Below are positions 62,263-64,000 of a stretch of DNA of 64,000 bases, in pieces. The notes below the pieces were generated by a model. That model did not search any database, was not told the DNA's origin, and was given only the letters and a program-made list of their open reading frames with translations. Source of the stretch: Polyangiales bacterium (GTDB taxonomy: Bacteria; Myxococcota_A; Polyangia; Polyangiales; Ga0077539); the NCBI GenBank assembly GCA_044229975.1, contig JBGARZ010000002.1, positions 640,001 through 704,000 on the forward strand, in the 5' to 3' direction. Each line of letters opens with the position of its first letter. The first letter of the stretch is position 1. The position numbers and the translations under genes were made by a program.

Positions 62263-63669
62263 TTACTCCTGCGGGAGCTGCGGGGCCAGCGTGAGGACGC
62301 GGCGCAGATAGGTGCCGGGCGATGCGGGGTCGGCCGGCGGACGGAGGTCGATGACCTCGAGCGCGCCGTCGAGGAAGTCGACGACGTACAGAAACGGTTG
62401 ACCCGGCGACGGGTCGAGAATCGCTTGATGCGGCCCGCGACGGGTGACCACCTGACCGACGACCCGGCGCTCGTCGGGGTCGATGATGGTCACGCGGCGA
62501 GCGTCGAAGGACACCACGAGCACCTGGGTGCGACCGTTGACGGTGCGCACCGCGAGGCGCGACGGACCTTGCGGCACGGGGATGGCGTCGATGACGTTGG
62601 CCGCCGTGGGGTTGGCGGGGTCGAGGCTCACCGTGAGCAGCGCCTCGGGGGCGCGCGAGGCCACGAAGGCACGCCGCTTCGTCGGGTCGGGGTCGAGCGC
62701 GATGGCGCGGCTGTCGCCGCCGCCCGCGAGCCCGCGAACCTGGATGAGGGCGCTGCGGTAGAGGAAGGGGCTGGCGTCGCGGAGGACTTCGTTGCCCGCG
62801 TACGCCTGGATGAACGTAAACGTCGCCTCGGCGCGGCTCGTCAGCATCCACGTCGAGCGCTCGGCGCTGCCATCCGCTCGCGGGAGCAGCACCGCGCCGC
62901 TGAGGCCGGGCGAGAGGCTGTTGAGCACGCTGAGCAGCACCGGCGCGCCGCCCCCGCCGTTGACGGCGCTGTCGCGGAGGAGCGACGCGCGCGGCACGCC
63001 GGCCTCGTTGGTCTGGTGGGCGACGAACACCCAGCCCCGCGCGGGGTCGAGCGAGATGGACGACGGGTCGGGCGGCAGGCGCGCCGCGGTGGGGCTCTGC
63101 GACGTGTCCGACCCGGCGCGATGGTCATCGCCGCACAGCGCGAGCGGACCAGCGGCGCCGCAGTCGAGGCCGCCCTGGTCGTCGAGGTCGAACCAGGTGA
63201 TCGACCCGTCGCCGCGCACGGCGACGTAGAGGCGCGTGCGGTCGGGGTAGCGCGCGACGGCGCTGTCGACGGCGTAGGGGCTGATGCGACGCACCTGATC
63301 GCCCCGGATGAAGGCGCGCGCCTCGCACACCGACGCGCCAGGCTGGTCGCGGTCCGCCACGCAGCGGATGGCAGGCGCCGCGGGCAGCGCCGCGCAGCGG
63401 GAGTGCGCCGGGTCGGTGATGCGCGTGCGGAGGCAGGTCAGGTCGAGCGGCGCGACGGTGCCGCCGTTGTAGCGGAGGTCGAAGTCCGAGCTGGTGACGT
63501 AGAGCCAGTTGCCGGACGGAGAAGCCGCCGCGCTCACCGGGTAGAAGAACACGTCGCCGGGCGGGTCGATGCCGATGTTGGACGGGCAGCCGACACTCGC
63601 CAGACCGAGCGCGAGACACGTCGAGCGGAGCGCGCGGCGCAGGGTGGAGGCAGTGGGGCGGGCGCTCAT
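62263..63669 (-). CDS. YncE-like beta-propeller lipoprotein
   Basis: SVGC lipobox; FFYP..WLYVTSSDFDLRYNGG; RLYVAVRGD; LYVVDF. Confidence 0.8.
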   Translation of the reverse strand: MSARPTASTLRRALRSTCLALGLASVGCPSNIGIDPPGDVFFYPVSAAASPSGNWLYVTSSDFDLRYNGGTVAPLDLTCLRTRITDPAHSRCAALPAAPAIRCVADRDQPGASVCEARAFIRGDQVRRISPYAVDSAVARYPDRTRLYVAVRGDGSITWFDLDDQGGLDCGAAGPLALCGDDHRAGSDTSQSPTAARLPPDPSSISLDPARGWVFVAHQTNEAGVPRASLLRDSAVNGGGGAPVLLSVLNSLSPGLSGAVLLPRADGSAERSTWMLTSRAEATFTFIQAYAGNEVLRDASPFLYRSALIQVRGLAGGGDSRAIALDPDPTKRRAFVASRAPEALLTVSLDPANPTAANVIDAIPVPQGPSRLAVRTVNGRTQVLVVSFDARRVTIIDPDERRVVGQVVTRRGPHQAILDPSPGQPFLYVVDFLDGALEVIDLRPPADPASPGTYLRRVLTLAPQLPQE

Positions 63670-63719
63670 CGGGCGCGCAAGCTAGTGGAGCAAACCCACG
63701 AATTCAAGCGATGCCGCCA

Positions 63720-64000
63720 TCAGTTCCAGGGATCGCGCAGGCCGTCGGAGTGGGCGGGCGGGTGCGGAGCGGCGACCGGAGGCTCGGGCGTGGCCGTCGG
63801 CGGTCGCACGCGGGGGTCGGGGTGATCGCCCGCGTGCGGTCGGTGACGTCGCGCCGACTCGTTGAGCGGCACGAGCACCACCGGAGGATCGCCCTCGTGG
63901 AGCTCGACGACGGCGGGATCGTAGCCCTCGACCTCGATGCGGTACGCCTGCGCCGCACCGCGGGGGCGCGGCAACACCAGCGGCTGCGGGTTGATCTCTC
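63720..64000 (-). CDS. C-terminal fragment of a PEGA-like/Pro-rich protein (5' end outside the window)
   Basis: Frame is open to the window edge: EINPQPLVLPR..IEVEGYDP..LRDPWN, typical of myxobacterial kinase tails. Confidence 0.6.
   Translation of the reverse strand, partial: EINPQPLVLPRPRGAAQAYRIEVEGYDPAVVELHEGDPPVVLVPLNESARRHRPHAGDHPDPRVRPPTATPEPPVAAPHPPAHSDGLRDPWN

Overview
A very GC-rich, densely coding 64 kb window, most likely from a myxobacterium (Myxococcota, Polyangia-like). That placement is inferred from Cys-rich repeat proteins, VWA lipoproteins, a MYXO-CTERM-like tail, Ser/Thr kinases and FHA/sigma54 activators. About 56 CDSs are supportable. Housekeeping genes: proC, bolA, moaC/moaE, rseP, aroA-cmk-rpsA, ribA, xth and a thiO-like oxidase. 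There are many secreted or lipoprotein hydrolases (PNGase F-like, ceramidase-like, lipase-like, matrixin) and a signalling cluster (kinase, TPR protein, two tandem sigma54 activators). I saw no rRNA, tRNA, CRISPR array or mobile element. Most notable observations: (1) a TANNN(T/C) -10-like hexamer 6-10 nt upstream of about a dozen start codons with no Shine-Dalgarno, suggesting widespread leaderless expression, alongside two S1 paralogs; (2) an XRE-cupin / SDR / divergent QueA-paralog module with a visible triple operator; (3) a Zn-ribbon, Pro-rich protein with three xYGAP motifs that resemble radical-SAM splicease substrates; (4) two tandem sigma54 activators whose sensor domains both look degenerate; (5) a sigma54 promoter plus enhancer palindrome upstream of an orphan ECF sigma factor. 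All product calls come from motif recognition by eye. No searches were run, and start codons are best estimates.
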